Below, one piece after another: positions 9,574-19,442 of a stretch of DNA of 64,000 bases. Origin of the DNA: an uncultured Gemmatimonadales bacterium (GTDB lineage: Bacteria; Gemmatimonadota; Gemmatimonadetes; Longimicrobiales; Longimicrobiaceae); contig OY970303.1 of assembly GCA_963716255.1 (NCBI GenBank), positions 3,680,001 to 3,744,000 on the forward strand, in the 5' to 3' direction. The notes beneath the pieces are model-generated. The model searched no databases. It worked only from the letters and a program-made list of their open reading frames with translations, and had not been told where the DNA came from. The first letter of the stretch is position 1. Each line of letters starts with the position of its first letter. The translations under genes were made by a program, and so were the position numbers.

Positions 9574-10740
9574 ATGAGCAAACTCGACCTCCTCCGCGGT
9601 GCACTGGAAAGGACCCGCTTCGGTGAGCTGAGCCTGGTCACGCCGGACGGCGCCACGCACCGCTTCACCGGCGGCGAGGAGGGCGAGAGCGCGACGATGG
9701 TCCTGAAGAGCTGGGGCGCGGTGGACGCGATCCTGAAGCGCGGGGACATCGGCCTGGGCGAGTCCTACATGGCGGAGCAGTGGGAGTCGCCGGACCTCAT
9801 GCAATTCCTCACCTTCTGCCAGCGCAACCGGAACGAGTTCGGCCGGGTGACCTCGTTCTCCCTGCTGAACAAGCTTCTCTCGCGCGCGACCACGCTCACC
9901 AGCGGGAACTCGCTGGCGGGCAGCCGCAGGAACATCAGCGCCGCCTACGACCATCCGCCGGAGCTGTACCAGGCCTACACGGACCGGATGATGACGTACT
10001 CCAGCGGCTGGTGGGACGGCAGGGAGATGTCGCTGGAGGATGCGCAGGTCAACAAGTACGAGCGCATCCTGTCCCGGCTGGGCCCGCCGCCGCAGCACGT
10101 CCTGGAGATGGGCTGCGGCTGGGGCTATTTCCTGGACCTGGCCGCGTCGCGGGGGTACACGGTCACCGGCTGCACCATCTCGCAGCGCCAGTACGAACAC
10201 GCGCGGGAGGTGAACCGGGAGGCGATCGCCGATGGCCGCGTCACCCTGGTGCTGGACGACTACCGCAACATGCCGGGCAAGTACGACGCGGTCATGTCCA
10301 CCGGCTTCTTCGAGCACGTGGGGGCCAGGTACTGGGTCGAGCACTTCCGCAGGGTCAAGCAGTACCTCAAGCCCGGCGGCGTGGCGATGGTGCAGACCAT
10401 GTTGTGCAACCGGTTCGACCCGCGGAGCGCGAAGAAGCTCAACTTCTTTTCCAAGTACATCTTCCCCGGCGGGGAGTTTCCCTCGATCGGCTCGTTCATC
10501 GTCGCGGCGGAGGAGGCCGGGCTCAAGTGCGAGGAGCACCTCGCCTTCGGGCAGGACTACGCCCGCACCATGCACGAGTGCTGGAAGCGGTTCGCCGTCA
10601 ACAAGGAGGAGCTGAAGCGCAAGGTGGGCTACGACGACGAGTTCATCCGCAAGTGGGAGTTCTTCATCGCGGGCTGGTACGCGATGTTCAGGTCGGGGAA
10701 CTACAACGTGATGCAGGCAAAGCTGGTGCACTGTCCCTGA
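9574..10740 (+). CDS. Cyclopropane-fatty-acyl-phospholipid synthase family methyltransferase
   Basis: GDIGLGESYM, SRRNISAAYD, MTYSSG, VLEMGCGWG, FFEHVG, KYIFPGG; start placed at ATG 9574 (MSKLD). Confidence 0.9.
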   Translation: MSKLDLLRGALERTRFGELSLVTPDGATHRFTGGEEGESATMVLKSWGAVDAILKRGDIGLGESYMAEQWESPDLMQFLTFCQRNRNEFGRVTSFSLLNKLLSRATTLTSGNSLAGSRRNISAAYDHPPELYQAYTDRMMTYSSGWWDGREMSLEDAQVNKYERILSRLGPPPQHVLEMGCGWGYFLDLAASRGYTVTGCTISQRQYEHAREVNREAIADGRVTLVLDDYRNMPGKYDAVMSTGFFEHVGARYWVEHFRRVKQYLKPGGVAMVQTMLCNRFDPRSAKKLNFFSKYIFPGGEFPSIGSFIVAAEEAGLKCEEHLAFGQDYARTMHECWKRFAVNKEELKRKVGYDDEFIRKWEFFIAGWYAMFRSGNYNVMQAKLVHCP

Positions 10741-10775
10741 GCGGGTCGCCGACACCTCGATCTCGCAGGCCGACC

Positions 10776-11984
10776 ATGGGCACAATGGATTCGAGCGGCA
10801 TGCAGGCGATCACGACCGGCGTGACGCTCCGCGACGTTGCCGGAGCGGCGCGCACCTACCTGGCGGGGCTCGTCCACCCGGAGGGCTTCGTCCGCGAGAT
10901 GCTGGGCATGGCGGGGATCGAGATCGGCGGCGGCGCTCCGCACGACATCGTGGTGCACGACCGGCGTTTCTACGCGCGCGTGGGCCGGGACGGCGCGCTG
11001 GGGCTGGGCGAGGCGTACGTCGAGGGGTGGTGGGACTGCCCCGCCGTGGACCAGATGATCACCCGTATCCTCCGGGCGAACCTCCCCGAGAGCATCCGCA
11101 GGAACTGGAGGCTCATGGCGGGCGCGCTGCGGGCCCGGCTGTTCAACCTGCAGAGCCTGAGCCGGTCGTTCCAGGTGGGCGAGCACCACTACGACCTGGG
11201 CAACGACCTGTACCGGACGATGCTCGACCGGCGGATGGTCTACACCTGCGGCTACTGGAAGAACGCGGCGACGCTGGACGAGGCGCAGGAGGCCAAGCTC
11301 GACCTGGTGTGCCGCAAGCTGGGGCTGCGCCCGGGGATGCGGGTGCTGGAGCTGGGCTGCGGCTGGGGGAGCTTCGCCAGGTACGCGGCCGAGAAGTACG
11401 GGGTGGAGGTGACGGGCTACTCGGTCTCCAGGGAGCAGGTGGAGCTCGGCCGCGAGCTGTGCGCCGGGCTGCCGGTGGAGCTGCGGCTGGAGGACTACCG
11501 GAGCGCCCGCGGCACCTTCGACCGCGTGCTCTCCATCGGCATCATGGAGCACATCGGGTACAAGAACTACCGCACCTACATGGAGCTGGTCGCCCGCTGC
11601 CTGGCGCCCGGCGGGGTGTCGCTGGTCCACACCATCGGGGGGTCCGGGAGCGAGCCGCTGGCCGACGCCTGGACGCGGAAGTACATCTTCCCCAACGGCA
11701 GCCTGCCCTCCGTCGCGCAGCTGGCACGCGCCACGGAGGGGCTGTTCAACTTCGAGGACCTCCACGGCTTCGGCCCCGACTACGATCCCACGCTGATGGC
11801 GTGGTACCGGAACTTCGTCGGGGCGTGGCCGGAGCTGAAGGCGCGGCTGGACGAGCGCTTCTACCGCATCTGGACCTACTGGCTGCTGATGAGCGCCGCC
11901 GCCTTCCGGGCGCGGCACATCCACCTGTACCAGGTCGTGATGACGCCGCGGGGCGCGCCGCAGCCGGACTGCCGCCTGAGCTGA
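10776..11984 (+). CDS. cfa: Cyclopropane fatty acyl phospholipid synthase
   Basis: LGLGEAYVEGWWDC, HYDLGNDLYRTMLD, YTCGYW, LDEAQEAKLDLVCRKLGLRPGMRVLELGCGWG, KYIFPNG; start uncertain (ATG 10776/10785/10800). Confidence 0.92.
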   Translation: MGTMDSSGMQAITTGVTLRDVAGAARTYLAGLVHPEGFVREMLGMAGIEIGGGAPHDIVVHDRRFYARVGRDGALGLGEAYVEGWWDCPAVDQMITRILRANLPESIRRNWRLMAGALRARLFNLQSLSRSFQVGEHHYDLGNDLYRTMLDRRMVYTCGYWKNAATLDEAQEAKLDLVCRKLGLRPGMRVLELGCGWGSFARYAAEKYGVEVTGYSVSREQVELGRELCAGLPVELRLEDYRSARGTFDRVLSIGIMEHIGYKNYRTYMELVARCLAPGGVSLVHTIGGSGSEPLADAWTRKYIFPNGSLPSVAQLARATEGLFNFEDLHGFGPDYDPTLMAWYRNFVGAWPELKARLDERFYRIWTYWLLMSAAAFRARHIHLYQVVMTPRGAPQPDCRLS

Positions 11985-12022
11985 TGCCGGATGCGGTTGT
12001 ATCGGGCTAAAGATCAGGGTTT

Positions 12023-12150
12023 GGGCGTGACCCCGGCTGGCGCCGGGGTCGGGCTTCGGCTCCGTAGCAAACGATACTACCGTTTGCAACGGAGTCGAGC
12101 CCCGGCAAACTGCGCCGGGTCTCGCCCCTTCGGGCCGAAATCCCTCACGC
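12023..12150 (+). repeat. ~130-bp structured element, copy 4
   Basis: Consensus match with variant inner stem GCAAACG-ATACTAC-CGTTTGC. Confidence 0.95.
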
Positions 12151-12253
12151 AAGCTCCGGCGCGGCGTCTAGATCCAGCAGGCAGCCGATTCATGGAGCCT
12201 CCGGGGCAGCTCGCGTCCCGGGGGCTCGCCGTCGTCGCGCCGCCGGAGCTCCC

Positions 12254-12329
12254 GGACGTGCTCGGGGCGCCCGATCCAGGCGCGGGGATCCCCATTCTCT
12301 GCCGGGACGGCCCGCCGATCCTGCAGGAG
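12254..12329 (+). pseudogene. Degenerate duplicate of the 3' end of gene 8696-9334
   Basis: Aligns by eye to 9256-9331 (ATCCAGGCGCGGGG-ATCCCCATYCTCTGCCRGGACG.CCCGCCGATCC). Confidence 0.75.
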
Positions 12330-12431
12330 CGCTCGGAGTCGGCCGCTCTCTCGGCGCTTGCCGATCAGTTACGGCGTAACCACCTTCCGTTCGGAAGCCG
12401 GCCGTCACGATTCCTGCTGACGAGGAGCCTC

Positions 12432-12668
12432 ATGCCGACGGTGCTGCGCAGTGGCCCGTATCGGTTCTTCTTTTTTGCCGGCGATCGTGCCGAACCGCCG
12501 CACGTACATGTTGAGCGCGAGAGCAATCGGGCCAAGTTCTGGCTGGATCCGGTTCGCTTGCAGGACAGTGGTGGGTTCAGCCGGGTCGAGCTGAACCGCA
12601 TTGCTCTCGTGGTGGACAACAACCGGGACCATCTGCTCGGAGCCTGGAATGACTACTTCAACGACTGA
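12432..12668 (+). CDS. DUF4160 domain protein (toxin-antitoxin associated)
   Basis: GAGGAG RBS; MPTVLRSGPYRFFFFAGDRAEPPHVHV...AKFWLDPV. Confidence 0.88.
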   Translation: MPTVLRSGPYRFFFFAGDRAEPPHVHVERESNRAKFWLDPVRLQDSGGFSRVELNRIALVVDNNRDHLLGAWNDYFND

Positions 12669-12954
12669 GATCCGCGTGCCCGAGGCTACGGACATCGCGG
12701 TGACGGACGAGTCGCTCACCGTGGAACTGTCCGATGGGCGCACCATCTCCGTACCGCTGGCCTGGTACCCCCGCCTCACACATGCAACGCCGGAAGAGCG
12801 TAGTCGGTGGCGCCTAATTGGCCGTGGTGAAGGAATCCACTGGCCCGACCTAGACGAGGACATCAGCGTCGAGGGCCTTCTCGCCGGTCGTCCCTCCGGC
12901 GAGAGCCAGAATTCGCTGAAGCGATGGCTGGAGCGCCGCCGCGGTGCCGCGTAG
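12649..12954 (+). CDS. DUF2442 domain protein (partner of DUF4160)
   Basis: LTVELSDGRTISVPLAWYPRL...GIHWPDLDEDISVEGLL; overlaps the upstream gene. Confidence 0.9.
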   Translation: MTTSTTEIRVPEATDIAVTDESLTVELSDGRTISVPLAWYPRLTHATPEERSRWRLIGRGEGIHWPDLDEDISVEGLLAGRPSGESQNSLKRWLERRRGAA

Positions 12955-13017
12955 CGGATTCCACACCGATCGCACTCGGGTGGGCAACGGCGTCTTCAAG
13001 AATCCACTACCGTGGGC

Positions 13018-13233
13018 ATGAAGCGATACCTCACCATCGTTGAGCCTACTGAGAGAGGCTTCTCGGCTTACTCCCCGGACCTGCCCGGCTGTGTCGGCAC
13101 GGGACACACCCAGGAGGAGGTCGAAGCGAACATGCGCGAGGCCATCGAATTCCACATCGAGGGCCTTCGATTGGAAGGCTACCCGGTTCCGGAGCCGAGC
13201 AGCGAGTCCACTTACATCGATGTGGCTGCGTAG
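13018..13233 (+). CDS. HicB-family antitoxin (no adjacent hicA seen)
   Basis: FSAYSPDLPGCVGTGHTQEEVEANMREAIEFHIEGL...PVPEP. Confidence 0.9.
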   Translation: MKRYLTIVEPTERGFSAYSPDLPGCVGTGHTQEEVEANMREAIEFHIEGLRLEGYPVPEPSSESTYIDVAA

Positions 13234-13265
13234 GATGTGCGCCGGTGTCGATCCCGCCTGGTGCC

Positions 13266-13493
13266 ATGATGCAGAACACTGACGTTCGGAAAGCCATAGA
13301 CGCGGGTTTGGCAGACTGTGCTGCCGGCCGGACCGTCCCGGTCGATGAAGTGCGCCGACGTTATGGATTGCCGGAGCGATGCGGCGTCGATAGCAGGGCA
13401 GCGGAAGAGGGGGCTTCTGCGGAGGCCCCGGGCGTCGTAGCGGCGAGTGCGACCACCGCGAATAGGGGTCACGGAGTGGAAGAGGGCGGCTGA
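13266..13493 (+). pseudogene. Antitoxin-like fragment
   Basis: RKAIDAGLADCAAGRTVPVDEVRRRYG resembles antitoxin C-termini; remainder looks non-coding. Confidence 0.45.
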
Positions 13494-13752
13494 CGATGCG
13501 CTTTTCCCACGACCATGGACGCTTGGTCGCGCAATCGTGGATCCGAAACTCAGTAAGACGACGGTGGCTCCGTCTCCCAGCGAAATCCAGCTGAAAGATG
13601 CACTGAAGGTGGCGCTCGTGGAGGTGCTGGAAGAGCGCTCCGACCTGTTGCGCGATGTGCTGGCGGAGGTCATCGAGGACATCGCATTCGCGCGCGCCAT
13701 CCAGGAAGGCGAGGCGAGCGGGCTGGTGCGCCGTGAAGAAGTCTTCCGTTAG
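13447..13752 (+). pseudogene. Antitoxin-like small protein or remnant (start uncertain)
   Basis: LKDALKVALVEVLEERSDLLRDVLAEVIEDIAFARAIQEGE...VRREEVF; no toxin gene follows. Confidence 0.55.
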
Positions 13753-13888
13753 TGGCTCCCTGCCGGTCCCCCCCGTCTCATCCCCATCCCCACCGCTCCC
13801 GACCCGCCGCAGCGCTTGCCCCCCGCCGCGGCCCGCGCCACATTCCGCACGGTCACCCCCAAGCGTTTCCCCCACCGGAGCCCCGCCC

Positions 13889-16513
13889 ATGCGCCGCCCC
13901 GTCCTGCTCGCGTCCTTGTCCCTGGCGGCGCTGGCCGGCTGCGCCCACGCGGGCCGCGGCGGCGCCCCCGCCGACGCGGGCGCGCTCATGCGGCCGGGCG
14001 TGTCGCTGGAGCTGGCCCGGGAGCGCGCGCGCACCCTGGCCGACGTGCGCTACGCCCTGGCGCTGGACGTCACCCGGCGCGACACCGCGCTCGGCCGCGC
14101 CACCCTGGCCTTCACGCGAAAGCCCGGCGCCGGCGATCTGGTGGTGGACTTCCGCGGGCTGGCGCTGGACAGCGTCGCCGCCAACGGCGCGACCCTCGCC
14201 GACCATGCCTGGGCCGATGGACACGTCCGCATTCCCGCGCGGCACCTGCGCACGGGCGCCAACACCGTGGGCTTCCGCTTCGCCGCGCGCATCGCGCCGG
14301 TGGGCGCCAGCGTGATCCGCTTCGAGGACCCCACCGACGGCTCGCGCTACCTGTACACCCTGCTCGTCCCCGCCGACGCCAACCAGCTCTTTCCCGCCTT
14401 CGACCAGCCCGATCTCAAGGGCCGCTTCACGGTGCAGGTGGTCGCGCCCGAGGGGTGGAGCGTGCTCGCCAACGGGCCCGAGACCTCGCGCGCGCCGGAG
14501 GGCGGCGCCGTCCGCTGGAGCTTCGCCGAGACCGAGCCCATCTCCACCTACCTGGCCGCCTTCGCGGCGGGGCCGTGGCGGCGGTGGGAGTCGGCGGAGG
14601 GCGGGCGCCCCATCGGGCTGTACGCCCGGCGCTCGCTGGCGCGCGAGGTGGACGCGGACACGCTCATGCGCAGCAACCGCGACGCGCTGGCGTGGCTGGA
14701 GCGCTACTTCGCGGTGCCCTTTCCCTTCGCCAAGTACGACGTGCTCCTCGCCCCCGCCTTCCCCTTCGGCGGCATGGAGCACGTGGGTGCCGTGTTCTAC
14801 AACGAGAATTCCTTCGTCTTCCGCGAGGCGCCCACGCTGGGCGAGCGCCTGTCGCGCAAGGCCACCACCTACCACGAGGTGGCGCACCAGTGGTTCGGCG
14901 ACCTGGTGACCATGCGCTGGTTCGACGACCTGTGGCTCAAGGAGGGGTTCTCCACCTACATGGCGGCCAAGATGCAGGACGAGCTGGACCCCGGCTCGGA
15001 AGCGTGGAAGACCTTCTACCTGCGCAACAAGCCGCTGGCCTACGGGACGGACGTCACCGAGGGGACCGTCCCCGTCTGGCAGGAGCTGGGCAACCTGGAC
15101 CTGGCCAAGGGCAACTACGGCCCCATCGTCTACAACAAGGCCCCCTCCATCCTCAGGCAGCTGGAGTTCATGGTGGGCGAGGACGCCTTCCGCGAGGGGC
15201 TGCGCATCTTCCTGCGGCGCCACGCGTATGGGAACGCCACCTGGCGGGAGCTGCTGGCGGCGGTGGAGGAATCGTCCGGGAGCTCGCTTCAGGCCTTCGG
15301 GGAGCAGTACATCCTGCGGGCGGGGATGCCGGTGGTGGAGACGGCGCTGGCGGAGGAGGGCGGGCGAATCCGGCGGCTGGCGCTGGTCCAGCGCCCGGCG
15401 AGGGAGCTCCCGGGCGACCCGGGCGGGTGGTGGCCGGGGCGGGTGCGGGTGAGGCTGGGGTACCGCGACCGGCCGGACACGGTGCTGACGGTGGCGTTCG
15501 CGGGCGCGACCACGGAGGTGCCGGAGGTCGCGGGGCTCCCGGCGCCGGACTGGGTGTGGGCAAACGACGGGGACTACGGCTACGGCCTCTTCCTCCCGGA
15601 CGCGCGGAGCGCCGCCCACATCGCCGCGCACGTGGGCGAGACGCGCGACGGGCTGCTGCGGGCGATGCTCTGGGGCTCGCTCTGGGACCTGGTGCGCGAG
15701 GCGCGGCTGGACCCCGCCGAGTACGTGCGGCTCACCCTGCGCGAGCTGCCGCGCGAGCGCGACGAGCAGATCGCCGCCACGCTCCTGGGCCGCGCCTCCG
15801 CCGCCCTCGCCCGCTACCTGCCGGAGGAGGACGCGGCGCGGCTCCTTCCCCAGTGGGAGGCGCTGCTCCTGGCGCGCGCCGACGACGACTCGCTCTCGTA
15901 CGGGCTGCGCAAGGCGGCGCTGGACGCCTACCTGGGCGCGGCGCGCACCCCGGCCGCGCGCGCCGTGCTGCGCGAGTACCTGGCGGGGACGCGCCGCTTC
16001 GCCGGCGAGCCGCTGCGCGCGCCCAGCCGCTGGGCCGCGGTGACGCAGCTCCTGGCCGCCGGCGACCCCGCCGCCGATTCGCTGTACGCCGCCGAGACGG
16101 CGCGCGACACCACCCCCGAGGCGGCGCGCCGGGCCTTCGTCGCCGGGGCCGCGCGGCCGGACTCCGCCGGCAAGGCGGCGTACTTCGCGCGCTACCTGCG
16201 CGACCCGTCCCTCAACGAGGAGTGGGTGACCGCCTCGGTGGGCGCCTTCAACGACCCGGCGCACGCCGCGCTCACCCTGCCGCACCTGCGGCCGGCGCTG
16301 GAGGAGCTGGTGTGGCTCCGCGACAACCGGCGCATCTTCTTTCTCCCCCGCTGGATCGCCGCGTTCCTGGGCGGGCAGACGGATGCCCGCGCCCTGGCGA
16401 CGCTGGACGCCTACCTGGCCGCACACCCGGAGCTGCCGGTGGACGTGCGCCGCAAGGTGCTCCAGGCGCGCGACGAGCTGGAGCGCACCGTCCGCATCCG
16501 CGCCCGGCGCTGA
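13889..16513 (+). CDS. M1-family zinc aminopeptidase, lipoprotein
   Basis: Lipobox LAGC; FPAFDQPDLK, GGMEH, HEVAHQWFGDLVTMRWFDDLWLKEG, YNKAPS. Confidence 0.95.
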   Translation: MRRPVLLASLSLAALAGCAHAGRGGAPADAGALMRPGVSLELARERARTLADVRYALALDVTRRDTALGRATLAFTRKPGAGDLVVDFRGLALDSVAANGATLADHAWADGHVRIPARHLRTGANTVGFRFAARIAPVGASVIRFEDPTDGSRYLYTLLVPADANQLFPAFDQPDLKGRFTVQVVAPEGWSVLANGPETSRAPEGGAVRWSFAETEPISTYLAAFAAGPWRRWESAEGGRPIGLYARRSLAREVDADTLMRSNRDALAWLERYFAVPFPFAKYDVLLAPAFPFGGMEHVGAVFYNENSFVFREAPTLGERLSRKATTYHEVAHQWFGDLVTMRWFDDLWLKEGFSTYMAAKMQDELDPGSEAWKTFYLRNKPLAYGTDVTEGTVPVWQELGNLDLAKGNYGPIVYNKAPSILRQLEFMVGEDAFREGLRIFLRRHAYGNATWRELLAAVEESSGSSLQAFGEQYILRAGMPVVETALAEEGGRIRRLALVQRPARELPGDPGGWWPGRVRVRLGYRDRPDTVLTVAFAGATTEVPEVAGLPAPDWVWANDGDYGYGLFLPDARSAAHIAAHVGETRDGLLRAMLWGSLWDLVREARLDPAEYVRLTLRELPRERDEQIAATLLGRASAALARYLPEEDAARLLPQWEALLLARADDDSLSYGLRKAALDAYLGAARTPAARAVLREYLAGTRRFAGEPLRAPSRWAAVTQLLAAGDPAADSLYAAETARDTTPEAARRAFVAGAARPDSAGKAAYFARYLRDPSLNEEWVTASVGAFNDPAHAALTLPHLRPALEELVWLRDNRRIFFLPRWIAAFLGGQTDARALATLDAYLAAHPELPVDVRRKVLQARDELERTVRIRARR

Positions 16514-16514
16514 T

Positions 16515-16985
16515 TCAGGGCTTCTTCCTTCCGCGCCTGCGGGGATACTCGGGGGGTGGCGTGTCCGGGCCCCGCGGCGGGGGCGGCGCGATCGGGCGAG
16601 GCGGCAGGGCCGGCGGAGGGCCGTCCTCCTCGTAGAGCGCGGACAGCTTCTCCGCCCACGGCGGCACGTCGCCGCCGGACTCGATGTGCACGTGCCGCAG
16701 GCAGCGCACGAAGCGCTCGTACGCGGCGTGGCGGTGCTCGTCGGGGACGCGATTGAGGAGGTGGATCAGGAAGAGCGCCGTGACCTCGGGATCGGGATCC
16801 GTGGGGAGGGCCCGGAGGTACTCCTCCGTGTACAGCTTGCGGAGGAGCTGGCGCGTCTCGTACTGCGGCTCGGAGCCGCGGATGAACTTGTCGATGGTGC
16901 CGTGCGCCACCCGCCGGTCCAGACGCTTCTCGGCCACGTAGCGGAGCGAGGTGGTGCGCACGTACACGGCGACGAAGTTACGCAC
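16515..16985 (-). CDS. Hypothetical protein, possible N-terminal HTH
   Basis: TSLRYVAEK...HGTIDKFIRGSEPQYETRQLL is HTH-like; Pro/Arg-rich tail; start uncertain. Confidence 0.65.
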   Translation of the reverse strand: MRNFVAVYVRTTSLRYVAEKRLDRRVAHGTIDKFIRGSEPQYETRQLLRKLYTEEYLRALPTDPDPEVTALFLIHLLNRVPDEHRHAAYERFVRCLRHVHIESGGDVPPWAEKLSALYEEDGPPPALPPRPIAPPPPRGPDTPPPEYPRRRGRKKP

Positions 16986-17423
16986 CCGCTCCAGGAGCGG
17001 GCGCTTGGGCGGGTCTCCGCCCTGTTCATTCCGTATACCTCCGGCGTCGCTACACTGTACACTTTAGGTTCCGGGAACCCGCCTGGCAAGGGCACCCCGG
17101 CCCTCCACACCCGAGGCTTGCTCCATGCGCCGGATCGCCCTGCGCACGATCGCCGCCGCCGTCCTGCTCCCGCTCGCGGCGCCGTCCCCCACCCTCGCGC
17201 AGCGGGCCGCGCCCCCGCTTGCCTCGCAGGTGCCGGAGGGCGGGCCCGTCATGACGGTCGCCATCCCCGCCGCGCAGCTCGTCGCGGCGGTCGCGGTGGA
17301 GCGGCGCTCCGGCGCCGGGAAGCCGCCCGGGTGATTGATCGGGCCCGCCCGCCGTCGTAGGATACGGGAGAGGCGGCTCCGTCCGCCCGCTCCTCGCCGC
17401 CACTGCGCACCCGGGAGGTTTCC

Positions 17424-18491
17424 GTGCTCTATCCCCTCGTCCTGCTCGCGGGCGCCCTCGCCGCCTGCGCCCCGGCGTCCACGTCCACCCCGCCCGCGGA
17501 GCAGCAGGTGCCGTCCGCCGCGCCGGCCGCGCCCGCGGCCCCCGCGCCGCGCAGCCTGGGGACGGGGACGCTGGTGGTGCTCAACAAGGCGGGCGCCAGC
17601 GCCGCGCTGGTGGACCTGGTCTCGGGCGAGGTGTATGCGACGCTCCCCACCGGCGACGGGCCGCACGAGGTGGCGGTGTCCGCGGACGGCCGCACCGCGG
17701 TGGTCGCCAACTACGGCGCCCAGGTGGGCGGGCGCACCCTCACGGTGCTCGACCTGGCCGGCCGCCGGGTGGTGAAGACCATCGACCTGGGGGAGCATCG
17801 GCGGCCGCACGGCATCGCCTGGCTCCCGGACGGGCGGCGGGTGGCGGTCACCTCGGAGACCAGCCGCGCGGTGCTGCTGGTGGACGTCCCCGCCGGGCGG
17901 GTGGAGACGGCCATCCCCACCGGACAGGCGGGCTCGCACATGCTGGCGCTGGCGCTGGACGGCCGGCGCATCTTTACCAGCAACATCGGCTCGGGGAGCG
18001 TTTCCGCGCTGGACGTGGCGACCGGCACCCACCTGCGCACCATCCCCACCGGCGACGGGGCGGAGGGGATCGACGTGTCGCCCGACGGGGCGCAGGTGTG
18101 GGTCACCAACCGCGAGGCGGACGACGTGACGGTGCTGGACGCCGAGACGCTCCGGCCGCTCGGCACCCTCCCCTCGGCGCGGATGCCCATCCGCGTCAAG
18201 CTGACGCCGGACGGCCGCACGGCGCTGGTCTCCAACGCCATGTCCGGCGAGCTGCGCATCTTCGACGCGGCCACCCGCCGCGAGCTGGCCGTCATCCACA
18301 CGGCGGAGGACCCGCGCTCCAACCCCATGCCCGTGGGCGTCCTCATCTCCCCGGACGGCGCCATGGCGTACGTGGCGATGATGCAGGGCAACGAGGTGGC
18401 GGCGGTGGACCTGCGCGAGCGGCGGGTGGTGGGGCGCATCCGCCCGGGCGCCGGGCCGGACGGCATGGCGTGGTCGCCGCTGACCAGGTGA
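17424..18491 (+). CDS. YncE/YVTN beta-propeller lipoprotein
   Basis: GGAGG RBS, LAAC lipobox, repeats TGDGPHEVAVSADG, TGDGAEGIDVSPDG, GAGPDGMAW. Confidence 0.88.
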   Translation: MLYPLVLLAGALAACAPASTSTPPAEQQVPSAAPAAPAAPAPRSLGTGTLVVLNKAGASAALVDLVSGEVYATLPTGDGPHEVAVSADGRTAVVANYGAQVGGRTLTVLDLAGRRVVKTIDLGEHRRPHGIAWLPDGRRVAVTSETSRAVLLVDVPAGRVETAIPTGQAGSHMLALALDGRRIFTSNIGSGSVSALDVATGTHLRTIPTGDGAEGIDVSPDGAQVWVTNREADDVTVLDAETLRPLGTLPSARMPIRVKLTPDGRTALVSNAMSGELRIFDAATRRELAVIHTAEDPRSNPMPVGVLISPDGAMAYVAMMQGNEVAAVDLRERRVVGRIRPGAGPDGMAWSPLTR

Positions 18492-18519
18492 GCGCCCGCG
18501 GACCGGGGGAGGACGAGCC

Positions 18520-19338
18520 ATGAGCGACCGGGCGGCGTTCCGCGACAACGTGGTGGTGATCACCGGCGCCTCGGCCGGGATCGGCGCGGAGCTGGCGCGG
18601 CAGCTCGCCGCCGGCGGCGCGTGGCTGGCGCTCGCCGCGCGCGACGCGGCCCGGCTGGAGGCGGTGGCGGCGGAGTGCCGGGCGCTCGGCGGGCGGGCGA
18701 TCGCCGTCCCCACCGACGTGGCGGAGGAGGCGCAGTGCCGGGCGCTGGTGGAGCGTACCGTCGCGGAGTTCGGGCGGCTGGACACGCTGGTCAACAACGC
18801 CGGCATCGGCATGTGGGCGCGCTTCGACGAGATCACCGACCTCGCCGTGTTCGAGCGCGTCATGCGCGTCAACTACCTGGGGAGCGTGTACTGCACCCAC
18901 CACGCGCTCCCGCACCTGAAGCGCTCGCGCGGGCGGATCGTGGGCGTGTCCAGCCTCACCGGGAAGACGGGCGTCCCCACGCGCAGCGCCTACGCGGCGA
19001 GCAAGCACGCCATGGCGGGGCTCTTCGACTCGCTGCGCATCGAGCTGGACGGCACCGGCGTGTCCGTCACCATGATCTACCCGGGCTTCGTCGCCACCGA
19101 GATCCGCGAGCGCGCGCTGGGCCCGGACGGGACGCCGCTGGGCGCCGGGAACAGCCCGGTGCGCGAGCGCGAGGTGATGACGGTGGAGGAGTGCGCCCGC
19201 CGGATCGTGCGCGCGGCGGCGGCGCGCAGGCGGGAGGAGGTGATGACGGCGCGGGCCCGGGTGGGGATGTGGCTCAAGCTGATCGCGCCCGGCGCGGTGG
19301 ACCGCATCGCGCGGAGGGCGATCGCGCGGGGGAAGTGA
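18520..19338 (+). CDS. SDR-family oxidoreductase
   Basis: TGASAGIG, LVNNAG, YAASK. Confidence 0.95.
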   Translation: MSDRAAFRDNVVVITGASAGIGAELARQLAAGGAWLALAARDAARLEAVAAECRALGGRAIAVPTDVAEEAQCRALVERTVAEFGRLDTLVNNAGIGMWARFDEITDLAVFERVMRVNYLGSVYCTHHALPHLKRSRGRIVGVSSLTGKTGVPTRSAYAASKHAMAGLFDSLRIELDGTGVSVTMIYPGFVATEIRERALGPDGTPLGAGNSPVREREVMTVEECARRIVRAAAARRREEVMTARARVGMWLKLIAPGAVDRIARRAIARGK

Positions 19339-19442
19339 GGGGTGGGTCGATCCGGATCTCCGCATGACTCTGAGCCATGGGGTTCCAGATAGTGTGTTGG
19401 CGATTCACGAACCGAAATCATCTCGCTGCACGATACTGAACC

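Noticed and set aside
17125..17334. 69-aa signal-peptide-like ORF
   Set aside because: Plausible N-terminus but no RBS or family motif; possibly a remnant, not supportable
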